From Candidatus Altimarinota bacterium (GTDB lineage Bacteria; Patescibacteriota; Gracilibacteria; CAIRYL01; GCA-016699755): DNA of 64,000 nt. The notes below the pieces were generated by a model. That model saw only the letters and a program-made list of their open reading frames with translations. It was not told where the DNA came from and searched no databases. The DNA is taken from assembly GCA_963664295.1 (NCBI GenBank), contig OY760935.1, forward strand, positions 416,001 to 480,000, written 5' to 3'. The stretch's first letter is position 1, and every line of letters starts with the position of its first letter. This document shows positions 8,550-19,269 of this stretch, in pieces. Position numbers and translations under genes: made by a program.

Positions 8550-10775
8550 ATGAAAAAGTTAATTTTTAAATTGGCAATGGCAATGGTGGCTTTTGGGCTA
8601 TTTTTGCCTTTTGGTTCAGCAAATGATGCTAATTTGGAACTTAGAATTCATAAAAACGACTTAACTGGTGATATTTGGGCAAATGAAAACAAGCAAATTA
8701 AGGTTATCATTGAAAAAAATGGTGAAAAAACAGGAATAAACCAAGAAATAAATGAAATAAGCGATCGCACAAAATATTCCCCTTCTGCTGGAGCAATCAA
8801 AAAAGTAGATACTACAGAATGTGTTTTTGAGTGGTTTCATGGAGATGAACAAATTAAAAAAATTGAAAAAATTACTCGCTATGAACAAGCTCCTGTTGGT
8901 GAATTTTTTGTTCCACCAACAAGAATAAGCGAAGAAAAACTAATTTTTGCTCAAGATGATGTGCCAAATTGTGGCGGTGATGACAAAGATTACGAAGCTT
9001 TTTCTGCCTGGCTAGCATCACAAGTAGATAACCCTTTTGACACTTACTCGGAAACTCTATTTGTTAATGCTGACGATGGTTTTAAATACACTGTTTCCAT
9101 TGCTGGTGAAAATAATATAAAACTTGCTACTGAAGATAATTTACAAGGATATACTTGCCAAGATGCTTTTTGTTCTGATGATATTATCATTAATGCAAAT
9201 CGCAGAAACTTAATTGATCTGGTAATTTTACAAGATGGCGATTTACCTCCTCTTGAGCTTGCTGGTGCTGACCTTGAACCTGGCAATAATGCTGAATATT
9301 CAAGCTTAGTCACAGCAGTAGGAAATTTTACAGCCAGAAGTAGTAGCTTGCTTGATTGGTCGCTTAAAATAGACGAAAACGGTTTACGAAATCCAAAAAT
9401 AGAACAAATATTTAATAAATTTTTAAATATTGCTAACGGGCTTTTTATTATCACACTTTTAGGCATTGCTTTAATGTGGAATTTTTCTGTTCTTATTCCA
9501 AAAGGTGTGCTTAAAAAATCATTGGCTTATTTTATTATTGCCATGATTACTGTTAATTTTGCTTTACCAATAACCAGACTAGCTGTTGATGGAGCAAATT
9601 TAATACAAAATTCTCTTTTTCAAGTGACAACTACAGAGGAGACAAAACAAATTGGTGCTGAAGACATTTTGCTTAGTCCTGGGTTGGAATATGGTTCTTT
9701 TGTGGGCACAAAAAAATCCTCTTATATAGAACAATCTTATCCTCAAAACCTGGGGGAAGAAGTTAATAAAGAAAGTCTTAGTAATAAAGATGATTTATAT
9801 GTAGATCGTTATCAAGAACAAGTTATTTTTAATATTATCCTTGTTGCCTTAGGTGCTATTGGTCAGCTTTTAATTGCTCTTATTATTGTATTTCGTTATG
9901 TAATTTTATGGTTTTTATTAATTTTTTCACCTTTTTTATTTGTTTTATTTCTTGTGCCTTCTTTGAGAGGTATTTTTAAGTATTGGATTTGGCTTTATTC
10001 AAGATGGATTTTGATTGGACCCCTATTAGCCATGTCTCTTTTTATTATTGTTAATATTTGGACTCACACTGGCGTGCCATTAGAAAGCACTTATCAAGCA
10101 CCTTCTGGTTTAATTTTTCCTGATGCAATTAATTTAAATATTTCTGCTCCGGGATTAAATTATGGCTTCTTAAATACCCCAAGAACAGTAATGAAATATA
10201 TCACTGCCTTGATGATGCTTTACATGGCAATTATTTTACCTTTTTGGCTTACTAGAGCTATTTTTACAAGCATAAATAATAATCAAAATAACAATGAAGA
10301 AAAAAATAATCTAATTTCCAAAATATTTAACAGAAACAAAGAAACAAATACAAACAGAGAAATCTATGAAACAACAAGTTCATCAGGCTCATCAGTACAA
10401 GCTGGACAAAAAAAAGGTTTTGTTAAGCCAAAATTAATGCCTGATATTAAAAACTTTTTTAATAAATCTGAAGAAAATGAACAAAAATCCCAATTCATGC
10501 AAAGTGAATTAAAAAATCAAGAAGCAATTAAAAATGTACCAACAGAAGATTTAATGGAAAGATCACAAATACTAGAAATAGCAAAAGACAGCGGAAAAAT
10601 AGACACTGAAAAAGAAAAGGAATTAAACATAATTCAAACAGAAATAAAAGAACGATCAAAACAAGAAGCAGAAACAAAAGAAAAAAATACTCCTGAAACA
10701 GAAACTGGCTTAGGCGACTTCACACAAGCAAATACAGAAATCAAACTAGAGGAAAAAAAAGAAGATCAAGAATAA
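8550..10775 (+). CDS. Large secreted/membrane protein with VirB6/TrbL-like polytopic core
   Basis: Signal peptide, extracellular domain, then TM block NIANGLF...VNFALPITRLAVD...RYVILWFLLIFSPF of the CPR VirB6-like type; charged C-terminal tail. Confidence 0.6.
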   Translation: MKKLIFKLAMAMVAFGLFLPFGSANDANLELRIHKNDLTGDIWANENKQIKVIIEKNGEKTGINQEINEISDRTKYSPSAGAIKKVDTTECVFEWFHGDEQIKKIEKITRYEQAPVGEFFVPPTRISEEKLIFAQDDVPNCGGDDKDYEAFSAWLASQVDNPFDTYSETLFVNADDGFKYTVSIAGENNIKLATEDNLQGYTCQDAFCSDDIIINANRRNLIDLVILQDGDLPPLELAGADLEPGNNAEYSSLVTAVGNFTARSSSLLDWSLKIDENGLRNPKIEQIFNKFLNIANGLFIITLLGIALMWNFSVLIPKGVLKKSLAYFIIAMITVNFALPITRLAVDGANLIQNSLFQVTTTEETKQIGAEDILLSPGLEYGSFVGTKKSSYIEQSYPQNLGEEVNKESLSNKDDLYVDRYQEQVIFNIILVALGAIGQLLIALIIVFRYVILWFLLIFSPFLFVLFLVPSLRGIFKYWIWLYSRWILIGPLLAMSLFIIVNIWTHTGVPLESTYQAPSGLIFPDAINLNISAPGLNYGFLNTPRTVMKYITALMMLYMAIILPFWLTRAIFTSINNNQNNNEEKNNLISKIFNRNKETNTNREIYETTSSSGSSVQAGQKKGFVKPKLMPDIKNFFNKSEENEQKSQFMQSELKNQEAIKNVPTEDLMERSQILEIAKDSGKIDTEKEKELNIIQTEIKERSKQEAETKEKNTPETETGLGDFTQANTEIKLEEKKEDQE

Positions 10776-10833
10776 TAAGAGTTGATTTTTAAGTATATAT
10801 AAGGCAAAATTTGCTTACTTTTAAAGCTAAGCA

Positions 10834-11220
10834 ATGAAAGTTGTAATTATTATGGGATCTGAAAAAGACACTCCTCATGCGGACAAAATCACCGCTAAAC
10901 TTGATGAACTTGGGATTGCACACGAATCACATATTGCCAGTGCACACAAACAACCAAAAAAAGCACTAGAAATACTCGAAAGTAATGAAGAAAAAGAAAA
11001 AATTGTTTATATCACAATTGCTGGAAGATCAAACGCTCTTTCTGGTTTTTGCGCAGGTAATACAAAAAAACCAGTAATTGCTTGCCCTCCTTTTGCAGAC
11101 AAGGTGGATATGTTGGTTAATATTCATTCTACTATTCAAATGCCGTCTAATGTGCCGGTTTTGACTGTACTTGACCCTGCCAATGCTGCTATTGCTTCAG
11201 AACGCATTTTAAAAAACTAA
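10834..11220 (+). CDS. purE: AIR carboxylase PurE, class II-like signature
   Basis: IIMGSEKD, SAHK, YITIAGRSNALSG, PVIACPP, QMPSNVPV. Confidence 0.9.
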   Translation: MKVVIIMGSEKDTPHADKITAKLDELGIAHESHIASAHKQPKKALEILESNEEKEKIVYITIAGRSNALSGFCAGNTKKPVIACPPFADKVDMLVNIHSTIQMPSNVPVLTVLDPANAAIASERILKN

Positions 11221-11241
11221 ATTTAATTAAAATAATAAATT

Positions 11242-12114
11242 ATGAAAACAAGAGAAAAACTTAACAAAGGATTAGCTCAGATGTTAAAAGGTGGTGTAAT
11301 TATGGATGTCACTACTCCAGAAGAAGCAAAAATAGCTGAAGAAGCAGGAGCAGTTGCCGTAATGGCCTTAGAAAGAGTTCCTTCTGATATTCGCAAAGAA
11401 GGTGGCGTAGCCAGAGCAAGTGATCCAAAAATGATTAAAGAAATTATTAAAGCAGTAAGCATACCTGTTATGGCAAAAGTGCGTATTGGTCACTTTGTTG
11501 AAGCACAGGTTTTGGAAGCTCTTGGGGTTGATTTCATTGATGAAAGTGAAGTTTTAACACCTGCTGATGATGAATTTCATATTGATAAAGAACAATTTTC
11601 TGTTCCTTTTGTTTGTGGAGCTACTTGCCTTGCTGAGGCTCTTCGCAGAATATCCGAAGGTGCGGTCATGATCCGCACAAAAGGTGAAGCAGGTACAGGT
11701 AATGTTGTTGAAGCTGTGCGTCATTTTCGTCAAATTTCTGCTGAAATGCGCTCATTAAAAAACACTCCTCCAGAAGAACTGATGACAATTGCCAAAGAAA
11801 TGGGTGCACCTATTGATATGGTGAAATATGTAGCTAAACATGGTAAATTGCCTGTTGTAAATTTTGCTGCTGGCGGTATTGCTACTCCAGCTGATGCCTC
11901 CCTTATGATGCAAATGGGCTGTGATGGTGTTTTTGTTGGCTCTGGCATTTTCCGTTCTGAAGACCCAAAAAAAAGAGCACTTGCTATTGTTCGTGCAACC
12001 ACTAATTACAATGACCCAAAAGTAATTGCTGAAGTTTCTGAAAACATTGGCGCTCCTATGGACAGCTTGGAGATTGACAGCTTGGAAACAAAAATGGCTG
12101 AAAGAGGTTGGTAA
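11242..12114 (+). CDS. pdxS: Pyridoxal 5'-phosphate synthase lyase subunit
   Basis: [44 protein letters not shown]-terminal ERGW. Confidence 0.98.
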   Translation: MKTREKLNKGLAQMLKGGVIMDVTTPEEAKIAEEAGAVAVMALERVPSDIRKEGGVARASDPKMIKEIIKAVSIPVMAKVRIGHFVEAQVLEALGVDFIDESEVLTPADDEFHIDKEQFSVPFVCGATCLAEALRRISEGAVMIRTKGEAGTGNVVEAVRHFRQISAEMRSLKNTPPEELMTIAKEMGAPIDMVKYVAKHGKLPVVNFAAGGIATPADASLMMQMGCDGVFVGSGIFRSEDPKKRALAIVRATTNYNDPKVIAEVSENIGAPMDSLEIDSLETKMAERGW

Positions 12115-12214
12115 AAAGCCATTTTATAAAAATCAATTATTTTTATAACTTGAAAAAATAGAAAAAATCCCTATACTATTCAAGCTTAATTTTTTATTTA
12201 ATTTTTAATTATTG

Positions 12215-12712
12215 ATGGATACAGCTATTAGCGGAATTAGGAGTATGTGTTTTACAAGAGCAAAAACTGCTCTTAAAGCTATAACAAAAGATGAATTTAT
12301 TCTTTTTAATGAACTTTACGCAAAATACACAAAAGAAAAAAAATGGAAAAGAAGAAAAAGAACAGATAAGTTAATCAGAATTAGAGAAAATCATGTTTTT
12401 TTTAAAAAAAATAACAGAATTTTAGGAGGTTTTACTCCACTAGAAAAAGAAAACGACTGGGTTGAACTAACAACCCTTTGGGCAAAAGTAGAAGGCAATG
12501 GAGTTGGCTCAAAATTATTAAAAACAATTAAAAAAGAATATTCAAAAATCTTTTTGTTTTGCAAAAAAGAACAAGTTGGTGCTCATAAATTTTTCGACAA
12601 AAACGGCTTCAAAGACTTAGGCAACGAACCAAAAAAATGGAATGTGGATAAATTTATCAAAAGAACACCACATTCAAAAGGTGCTCGTCTTTTCATTTGG
12701 CAAAACAACTAA
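12215..12712 (+). CDS. GNAT family N-acetyltransferase
   Basis: VELTTLW, EGNGVGSKLL acetyl-CoA loop, FFDKNGF. Confidence 0.75.
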   Translation: MDTAISGIRSMCFTRAKTALKAITKDEFILFNELYAKYTKEKKWKRRKRTDKLIRIRENHVFFKKNNRILGGFTPLEKENDWVELTTLWAKVEGNGVGSKLLKTIKKEYSKIFLFCKKEQVGAHKFFDKNGFKDLGNEPKKWNVDKFIKRTPHSKGARLFIWQNN

Positions 12713-12726
12713 AATCCCTTTATAAT
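12698..12726 (+). promoter_or_regulatory. Putative promoter giving a leaderless por-gamma transcript
   Basis: TGGCAA-17-TATAAT with ATG 7 nt downstream. Confidence 0.5.
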
Positions 12727-12733
12727 AGTATTC

Positions 12734-13309
12734 ATGGAAGGGATTACAAAAATCCGCTGGCATTCTCGTGCCGGACAAGGTGCTATAACAGCTTCAAATG
12801 CACTTGCCCAAGCTATTGGTAAAGAAAAAAATAAATTCACACAAAGTTTTTCCGAATTTGGAGCAGAAAAAAGAGGCGCACCAATCAAAGCGTTTACTCG
12901 CATTGCCAACGAAGCAATAGATTATTTTCATCAAATACAAAATCCTGATTATCTTGTGCTTTTTGATACTACTTTGCTCAACAAAGGCGAACTTTCTTGG
13001 AATAATGTTTTGTCTGGACTAAATAAAAATGGAAAATTGTTAGTTAATACTGGAAAAAAAGAAAGTTCAGCTAATTTTAAAGGAAAAATATGGCATTTAA
13101 ACGCCACAAAAATAGCCCTTGAAGAAATAGGTAAAAATATCCCCAATGTTCCTCTTGTTGGGGGTTTATTAAAAATTAGCAATTTATATCCTTTAGATAA
13201 ATTTGAAGCTCACTTAAAAAAAGTACTTTCCACTTTACCACCAGAAATTATCAAAGGAAATTTACGTGCTTTTTGGCGAGGTGCTGAAGAAATTTTTCAA
13301 GTTAAATGA
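12734..13309 (+). CDS. porC: Pyruvate/2-oxoacid:ferredoxin oxidoreductase gamma subunit
   Basis: IRWHSRAGQGAITA, FGAEKRGAP, NATKIA, PNVPLVG. Confidence 0.9.
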   Translation: MEGITKIRWHSRAGQGAITASNALAQAIGKEKNKFTQSFSEFGAEKRGAPIKAFTRIANEAIDYFHQIQNPDYLVLFDTTLLNKGELSWNNVLSGLNKNGKLLVNTGKKESSANFKGKIWHLNATKIALEEIGKNIPNVPLVGGLLKISNLYPLDKFEAHLKKVLSTLPPEIIKGNLRAFWRGAEEIFQVK

Positions 13310-13650
13310 GCAAAGAAAAAAAATCATTAGCAGAAAAAAATGCAAAAGTTGACCCTAGTAAAGGCAATTTAGGCTGGAAAGAAATACCAATTGGCGGAGT
13401 TGTGCCTTCTGCTGGCAATTCTGTGAATTATCAAACTGGTAAATGGACACCAAAAGAAACAGTCTGGGATCCAAATATATGTATAAAATGCAACAGATGT
13501 GTAGATATTTGTCCTGATTCCTGCATGCTATTAGATAAAAACAATAAAATGGCAGGAATAAATAAGGAACATTGTAAAAATTGCGGTCTTTGTGTTGCTG
13601 TTTGCCCAGTTAAGGCACTTTCAATAAAAAATCTAGAAAACAATGAGTAA
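13306..13650 (+). CDS. porD: Pyruvate/2-oxoacid:ferredoxin oxidoreductase delta subunit (2x4Fe-4S)
   Basis: TGKW, CIKCNRCVDICPD and CKNCGLCVAVCP ferredoxin motifs; ATGA overlap with gamma. Confidence 0.9.
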   Translation: MSKEKKSLAEKNAKVDPSKGNLGWKEIPIGGVVPSAGNSVNYQTGKWTPKETVWDPNICIKCNRCVDICPDSCMLLDKNNKMAGINKEHCKNCGLCVAVCPVKALSIKNLENNE

Positions 13651-14830
13651 AAAAATGATAATTGATGGCAATTCTGCTGTTGCAGAAGCAATAAGGCAAA
13701 TAAACCCTGATGTTTTTGCTGGTTTTCCAATAACTCCCACTTCTCATATTATGGAGCAAGTTTCTGTTTATGCAGAAAAAAACAAAATAGATACTGAGCT
13801 TATTCTTGCAGAAAGTGAACATAGCGCAATGAGTGCTTGTATTGGCGCTTCTGCAGGCGGAGGAAGAGTGATTACTGCTACCTCTTCTCAAGGATTATCG
13901 CTCATGAATGAAGCTCTTTTTAATGCTAGTGGCATGCGCTTGCCTATTGTTTTAATCAATGGCAACAGAGCGCTTTCTGCTCCCCTTTCTATTCATGCTG
14001 ATCATTCTGATATCAATTCTGTTCGTGATACTGGCTGGATAATACTACACGCAAAAGATGCCCAAGAAGCATACGACTTAACTATCCAAGCAACTCGTAT
14101 TGCTGAAGACACAGAAATACGCACTCCTGTTATAGTAGCCATGGATGGATTTCAGGTGACACACACAAAACAACAAGTGTTAGTTGAGCAAGATGAAAAA
14201 ATAAAAAAATTCATAGGAAAAATAAAAGAAATAAATCCACTTTTAGATGTTGATAATCCTGTTTCTTATGGCACAGCAACAAAACCAGATTATTTTACTG
14301 AATGCAAAAGAAGTCAGCTTGAAGGCTTGCTTAATGCTCGCAAAATAATTCCTAAAATCGGCAAAGAATTTAAAGAAAATTTTGACCGAGATTACACAGA
14401 AGCAGGTGAAAAATTCATGCTTGATGATGCAGAATTTGCAATTGTAATTATGGGCTCTCTTTTTGGTACAATCAAAGAAGGAATAAAAAAATTAAGAAAA
14501 AATGGCATAAAAATAGGAGCATTAAGACTGCGTACATATAGACCGTTTCCTGGTGATTATGTGCGAAAAAAATTAGCTCATATTAAAAAAATTGCTATTT
14601 TTGAGCGCACTTTTACTGCTGGTGGCGAAGGTGGTCCTCTTTTTAATGAAATAAAAAGCTCACTTGCAGTTGCCTGCGAAGAAAATAATAATTATTCAAT
14701 ATTACCTTTTACTGTTGGACTAGGCGGGCGAGAGCTTTTTCCTGAACACATCAAAGATGCTTATGAAATTATGAACAGCGAACAAAAGCTTGATTTACAT
14801 GAAGGAATTTGGCTTGGAATAAGAGAATAA
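13643..14830 (+). CDS. porA: Pyruvate/2-oxoacid:ferredoxin oxidoreductase alpha subunit
   Basis: GNSAVAEA, FPITP, ESEHSAMS, TATSSQGL, NRALSAP, YRPFP, GLGGR. Confidence 0.93.
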   Translation: MSKKMIIDGNSAVAEAIRQINPDVFAGFPITPTSHIMEQVSVYAEKNKIDTELILAESEHSAMSACIGASAGGGRVITATSSQGLSLMNEALFNASGMRLPIVLINGNRALSAPLSIHADHSDINSVRDTGWIILHAKDAQEAYDLTIQATRIAEDTEIRTPVIVAMDGFQVTHTKQQVLVEQDEKIKKFIGKIKEINPLLDVDNPVSYGTATKPDYFTECKRSQLEGLLNARKIIPKIGKEFKENFDRDYTEAGEKFMLDDAEFAIVIMGSLFGTIKEGIKKLRKNGIKIGALRLRTYRPFPGDYVRKKLAHIKKIAIFERTFTAGGEGGPLFNEIKSSLAVACEENNNYSILPFTVGLGGRELFPEHIKDAYEIMNSEQKLDLHEGIWLGIRE

Positions 14831-14854
14831 AACCACAACTTTACTTATTAAAAA

Positions 14855-16591
14855 CTAAAGCCATTCTGCTCTTAATGTATCAACAAGTAAGTTTAGCTTT
14901 GCTCTTGTAGAAGGCCCAAAACCACCAGCACCAATAGTATTAGCGCTATCTATAATCCCCTCTCCAAGCTGAAAACTAAGCAAGGCGCCTGAAAATTGAT
15001 CATCAAAATCTTCAGTAAGTTCACCATTATAATAACCATAATATTTAAGAATTTTCTTAGCTCTTTTAATGTCAAGATCTATATCGCCTTTTTCTAAAAT
15101 TTTCTCAAAATACTGCAAGTCGTCTTCTGTAAAAAAAGTACAAACTTTTTCCTCTTGTCTGCCTGGAAAATCTTCCACTAAATCATCTTGATTAAGACTT
15201 TGCTGATAAACAAGCACTCTTTTTGTCATTTTTACAAATTCAGCTCGAGTCACATTACGACTAGGCACAAACTCATCACCAACTCCGCCAATAATCTCAT
15301 TATCTACTGCAAAGGCAACTTCTGGCGCAAACCAATCCTCTTTTGATACATCAGAAAAAGAATTAAAAGCATATTCTCGATCAAGCTCTATACGAGCAGA
15401 ACGAATAATTATTGTTAATGCTTCTGCACGAGATATTTTTTTATTTGGCAAAAATGCTTTTCCCTCATATGGGCTCATAATTCCCAAGTCAATCATTGTT
15501 TGTGCATATTCTGTAAACCAACTTGCCCTAGAAAAATCTAATAAGTCTACTTCTTCTGATAATGGTAAATTAAATGTTTTTGTAAGAATTTTTGCAGCTT
15601 CTGCACGATTTATAAACTCATTTGGCTTAAATTGTTTTCTTGCTCCTGCCTCAAAAATTCCTTTATCAACCATATATTCCAAGTCATCATGAAGCCAATG
15701 TTCATCTGGGATATCAAAATAAAGTCTACTTAATAATTCATCAATATCCACTTTTGGCTTTGTTTCTGTTACTGATGTTGTATCTGTGTCATCAGGCTGA
15801 CTATCGTCACTTTCTTGTGTATTTTGATCTGTTATTTCTGAGTCTCCATCACTATCTCCTCCCTCTTCTTCTTCGTTATTATTTGTCTCTGCTTCGTCAT
15901 CTTCTGGGTCATTTTGATTTACAACAGTATCGCCAATGTCAACTTTAATTGCACTTTCTATACTTCCTTTTTCTACAAAAGCAATAAAACCTTTTTGTGG
16001 ATAATCTAAGGTGATTAATTTCGCAATATCATCATACTCAAAATCTTGTTCATACCATTTTTTATTATCTGGATTAAAAATCATAAGGTCAAAAGATCCC
16101 TCTTCCACATTTTCAGGCAAGGGAATAACCATTTCCAAGGTGGGACTAAAATGTTCAGGCGGAGTTGTGCAGGTGTTTTCCTCTTCTTCTTGAGCTGTGC
16201 ATGAATTACCAAAAGTAAACAAAAATTGATAAATCACAGTAGCATCAGGATAAGGCACATCAGCAACATTAAATAAGGTTTTTCTAGTTGGCTTTAAAAG
16301 CGGATGAAGAATATTACCACTTTTATCTGTAATAACTGTGCCTTTTTCTATGCTCACACTTGCTTTTGTTGAATAATTTGTAATTTCTAAAGGTCTGGAA
16401 ACACTATCTGCTTCTTCTGGAATTTGCACAGGACGATAAAGCTCAATCTTTGAATCAGACTCAAACAAAGGCATTTCAAAAATACTTGTTGTGTCTATTT
16501 GTGACTCAGAAGTCATATCCCCTTCTGCACAAACAAAGCTAATATTTATTAGTAATAAACTTGCGATTAAAAAAAATTTTGTTTTTTTCAT
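14855..16591 (-). CDS. Secreted S-layer homology (SLH) protein with C-terminal peptidoglycan-binding-like domain
   Basis: Signal peptide (MKKTK start), acidic linker, three SLH repeats (INRAEAAK, ISRAEAL, VTRAEFVK), FQ...G..GPSTRAKLN PG-binding motif. Confidence 0.85.
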   Translation of the reverse strand: MKKTKFFLIASLLLINISFVCAEGDMTSESQIDTTSIFEMPLFESDSKIELYRPVQIPEEADSVSRPLEITNYSTKASVSIEKGTVITDKSGNILHPLLKPTRKTLFNVADVPYPDATVIYQFLFTFGNSCTAQEEEENTCTTPPEHFSPTLEMVIPLPENVEEGSFDLMIFNPDNKKWYEQDFEYDDIAKLITLDYPQKGFIAFVEKGSIESAIKVDIGDTVVNQNDPEDDEAETNNNEEEEGGDSDGDSEITDQNTQESDDSQPDDTDTTSVTETKPKVDIDELLSRLYFDIPDEHWLHDDLEYMVDKGIFEAGARKQFKPNEFINRAEAAKILTKTFNLPLSEEVDLLDFSRASWFTEYAQTMIDLGIMSPYEGKAFLPNKKISRAEALTIIIRSARIELDREYAFNSFSDVSKEDWFAPEVAFAVDNEIIGGVGDEFVPSRNVTRAEFVKMTKRVLVYQQSLNQDDLVEDFPGRQEEKVCTFFTEDDLQYFEKILEKGDIDLDIKRAKKILKYYGYYNGELTEDFDDQFSGALLSFQLGEGIIDSANTIGAGGFGPSTRAKLNLLVDTLRAEWL

Positions 16592-16703
16592 AACTTTATT
16601 TTTAAATTTTCCTTTGTACATTAAAGAATTTATTTTGTTTTGAAAAGATGAAATTTAAAGCTTTTTGTTTGATTTTTTAGTAAAAATCTCTGAAAATAGG
16701 TTT

Positions 16704-17117
16704 ATGCAAGAATTTTTCCACAAAATCCCGGTTCTAGTACCTATTGCAACAGTAATTGTGACAGAGTTTTTAAAACTCATAATTACTTTAGTAAAAAATG
16801 GAAAAATTGGACTTAAAGATCTTTTTGCAACTGGAGGAATTCCTAGTGGTCATTCTGCTTTTGTTAGCTCATTGGCTACCATGATCTTAATCATCAAAGG
16901 CTTTGATAGCACAGAATTTGCCATTGCCTTGGTTTTTGGCTTTTTAGTAGTTTTTGACGCTATTAAACTACGAGCAGAAGCAGGCAAACACGCTGTTGTT
17001 TTAAATCAGCTCTTAGGTGAACAATGTTTAACAGAACGCCTTGGTCACACTATATTTGAAGTTTTAACTGGCATTTTTCTTGGCTGTGGGCTCACTTTTT
17101 TAATGCTTACTATTTAA
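16704..17117 (+). CDS. Divergent PAP2 (DUF212) family membrane protein
   Basis: TGGIPSGHSA, DAIKLRAEAGKHA, ERLGHT..EV..G; start MQEFF at 16704. Confidence 0.88.
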   Translation: MQEFFHKIPVLVPIATVIVTEFLKLIITLVKNGKIGLKDLFATGGIPSGHSAFVSSLATMILIIKGFDSTEFAIALVFGFLVVFDAIKLRAEAGKHAVVLNQLLGEQCLTERLGHTIFEVLTGIFLGCGLTFLMLTI

Positions 17118-17123
17118 TTTAAT

Positions 17124-17330
17124 ATGAAAAAAATATTTCATTTGTTCTTTTTGGTGTCTATTGGCTACATAACTGGTATCTTATTTGCTCAAAAACCAGG
17201 CAAAAAACTGCGTGAAGAATTAAAAAAGGCAGAAAAGCCTTGCTTAAAGCTTTTTGATGAACTTAAAAAAGCAGATAAAGAATTTATTGATTTTGCAAAA
17301 GATCAAATTGACAAACATTTAAAAAAATAA
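17124..17330 (+). CDS. YtxH-like small membrane protein
   Basis: GILFAQKPGKKLREEL motif after a hydrophobic N-terminus. Confidence 0.7.
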   Translation: MKKIFHLFFLVSIGYITGILFAQKPGKKLREELKKAEKPCLKLFDELKKADKEFIDFAKDQIDKHLKK

Positions 17331-17332
17331 GA

Positions 17333-18562
17333 ATGAAACAAAGTTTTTTTGCTGTAAAAACAGATAAAAATGCACCTCACGACGAGGGTAGCATTAACGC
17401 CCAGCTCCTAACCAGAGGCGGTTTTGTAAAAAAAGAATCTGCTGGGGTTTTTTCTTTTTTGCCTATTGGTTTGCGTGTTCTTCAAAAAATTAAAAGAATA
17501 ATTAGAGAAGAAATGAACGCAGTTGATATGCAAGAAATTTTAATGCCTGCTCTTATTCCTAAGGAAAATTGGCAACAAACAGGCAGAGACAATGTAGATA
17601 TTGGCTTTAAAACCGACAGAAACTATATTCTTGGTTGGTCACATGAAGAAATTGTCACCCCTCTTTCAAAATTATACATAAATAGCTATAAAGACCTTCC
17701 TGTTGCTCTTTATCAAATTCAGACTAAATTTCGAAACGAACCAAGGGCAAAATCAGGACTACTTCGTGGTAGAGAGTTTTCTATGAAAGATGGCTACTCT
17801 TTTCACCTTGATCGTGAGGATTTTCAAAAATATTATGATCGTGTTGCAGAGGCTTATTTTAAAACTTTTGAACGCGCTGGCTTAAAATCATATAAAATCG
17901 AAGCAGGTGGAGGAGAATTTTCAAAATTAATGTCACATGAATTTGCAGTAATTACGCCTGCAGGCGAAGATGTTATGCTATATTGCTCTGCTTGCGGTTT
18001 TGCTCGCAATGCAGAACTAAGGGAAAACGAAAAAGAAGAACCTAAAAAATGTGAAAAATGCGGAAGCGAGCTTAAAAAAGATAAGTGCGTAGAAGTTGGC
18101 AATATTTTTGATTTAGCTACAAAATACTCTGATGCTTTTAATTTAAAAATATCAGACAAAGACGGAAAACAAGTAGTGCCTTATATGGGTTGTTATGGCA
18201 TTGGCGTTAGTCGTTTAATGGGCACTATTGTTGAAGCTTTTCATGATGAAAATGGCATTATCTGGCCAAAAACAGTTGCTCCATTTCAAGTACATATTAT
18301 TTCATTAAATCAAGACGAAGAAGCAAAAAAACTAGAAAAAGAACTAGAAAAAGAGGGGTTTGAAGTGCTTTTTGATGATCGTGATGAAAGTGCAGGCAAA
18401 AAATTTGCTGATTCTGATTTAATAGGAATTCCGCTCAGAATTGTAATTTCCGGTAGAACAATAGAAAAAAACTCTGTTGAATGGAAAGAAAGAGCAAAAA
18501 ATGAAGCAGAAAACACACCATTAAGCGAAGTGGTAAATAAAATTAAAAGTTTTTATGCTTAA
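17333..18562 (+). CDS. proS: Proline--tRNA ligase (short, no INS editing domain)
   Basis: HEE, YQIQTKFRNEPRAKSGLLRGREFSMKDGYSF, EVGNIF, MGCYGIGVSR, anticodon-binding DLIGIP. Confidence 0.95.
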   Translation: MKQSFFAVKTDKNAPHDEGSINAQLLTRGGFVKKESAGVFSFLPIGLRVLQKIKRIIREEMNAVDMQEILMPALIPKENWQQTGRDNVDIGFKTDRNYILGWSHEEIVTPLSKLYINSYKDLPVALYQIQTKFRNEPRAKSGLLRGREFSMKDGYSFHLDREDFQKYYDRVAEAYFKTFERAGLKSYKIEAGGGEFSKLMSHEFAVITPAGEDVMLYCSACGFARNAELRENEKEEPKKCEKCGSELKKDKCVEVGNIFDLATKYSDAFNLKISDKDGKQVVPYMGCYGIGVSRLMGTIVEAFHDENGIIWPKTVAPFQVHIISLNQDEEAKKLEKELEKEGFEVLFDDRDESAGKKFADSDLIGIPLRIVISGRTIEKNSVEWKERAKNEAENTPLSEVVNKIKSFYA

Positions 18563-19212
18563 TGCGAGAAAGCTTAATAAATAAACAAAAAAGAGCATTA
18601 AATATTTTAAAAATTCTTGAAAAAGAATTTCCAGAAGCAAAATGTGCTCTTGAACATAAAAACCCTTTTCAGCTTATGATTGCTGTGCTTCTTTCTGCGC
18701 AAAGCACAGACAAAGGAGTAAATAAAATTACTCCTACTCTTTTTAAAATTATTAAATCACCTGCAGAATTAGCAAAAATTTCTCAAAACGAACTTGAAAA
18801 ACTTATCCAAAGCATAGGTTTATATCGAAATAAAGCCAAAAACCTACGCGCAATTGGCAAAATACTCACAGAAAAACACCAATCAAAAGTGCCAAACACA
18901 ATGCAAGAGCTTATATCCCTGCCTGGAATTGCCCGCAAAAGTGCAAATATTATCCTTGAAACTGGTTTTGGAATTATTGAGGGCATTGCTGTTGATACGC
19001 ATGTTAGACGCATCTCAAACAGGCTTAATCTAAGCCAAGAAAATAATCCGGATAAAATCGAACAAGATTTAATAAAAATTTTTCCAAAAAAATATTGGGG
19101 CAGGGTTAATCATTTTTTTGTTTGGCATGGCAGAAAAACCTGCACAGCAAAAAACCCAAAATGTGATCAATGTGCCTCATTCCCTTTTTGTCCTTTTGGA
19201 TTAAGTAAATAA
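18562..19212 (+). CDS. nth: Endonuclease III
   Basis: LLSAQSTD, HhH LPGIARKSA, VDTHVRR, C-x6-C-x2-C-x5-C Fe-S motif. Confidence 0.96.
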   Translation: MRESLINKQKRALNILKILEKEFPEAKCALEHKNPFQLMIAVLLSAQSTDKGVNKITPTLFKIIKSPAELAKISQNELEKLIQSIGLYRNKAKNLRAIGKILTEKHQSKVPNTMQELISLPGIARKSANIILETGFGIIEGIAVDTHVRRISNRLNLSQENNPDKIEQDLIKIFPKKYWGRVNHFFVWHGRKTCTAKNPKCDQCASFPFCPFGLSK

Positions 19213-19269
19213 TTATCTATTACTATTGCTTTAATGTTCTATAATTTATAATGCCCTTCCGGCAGTATT

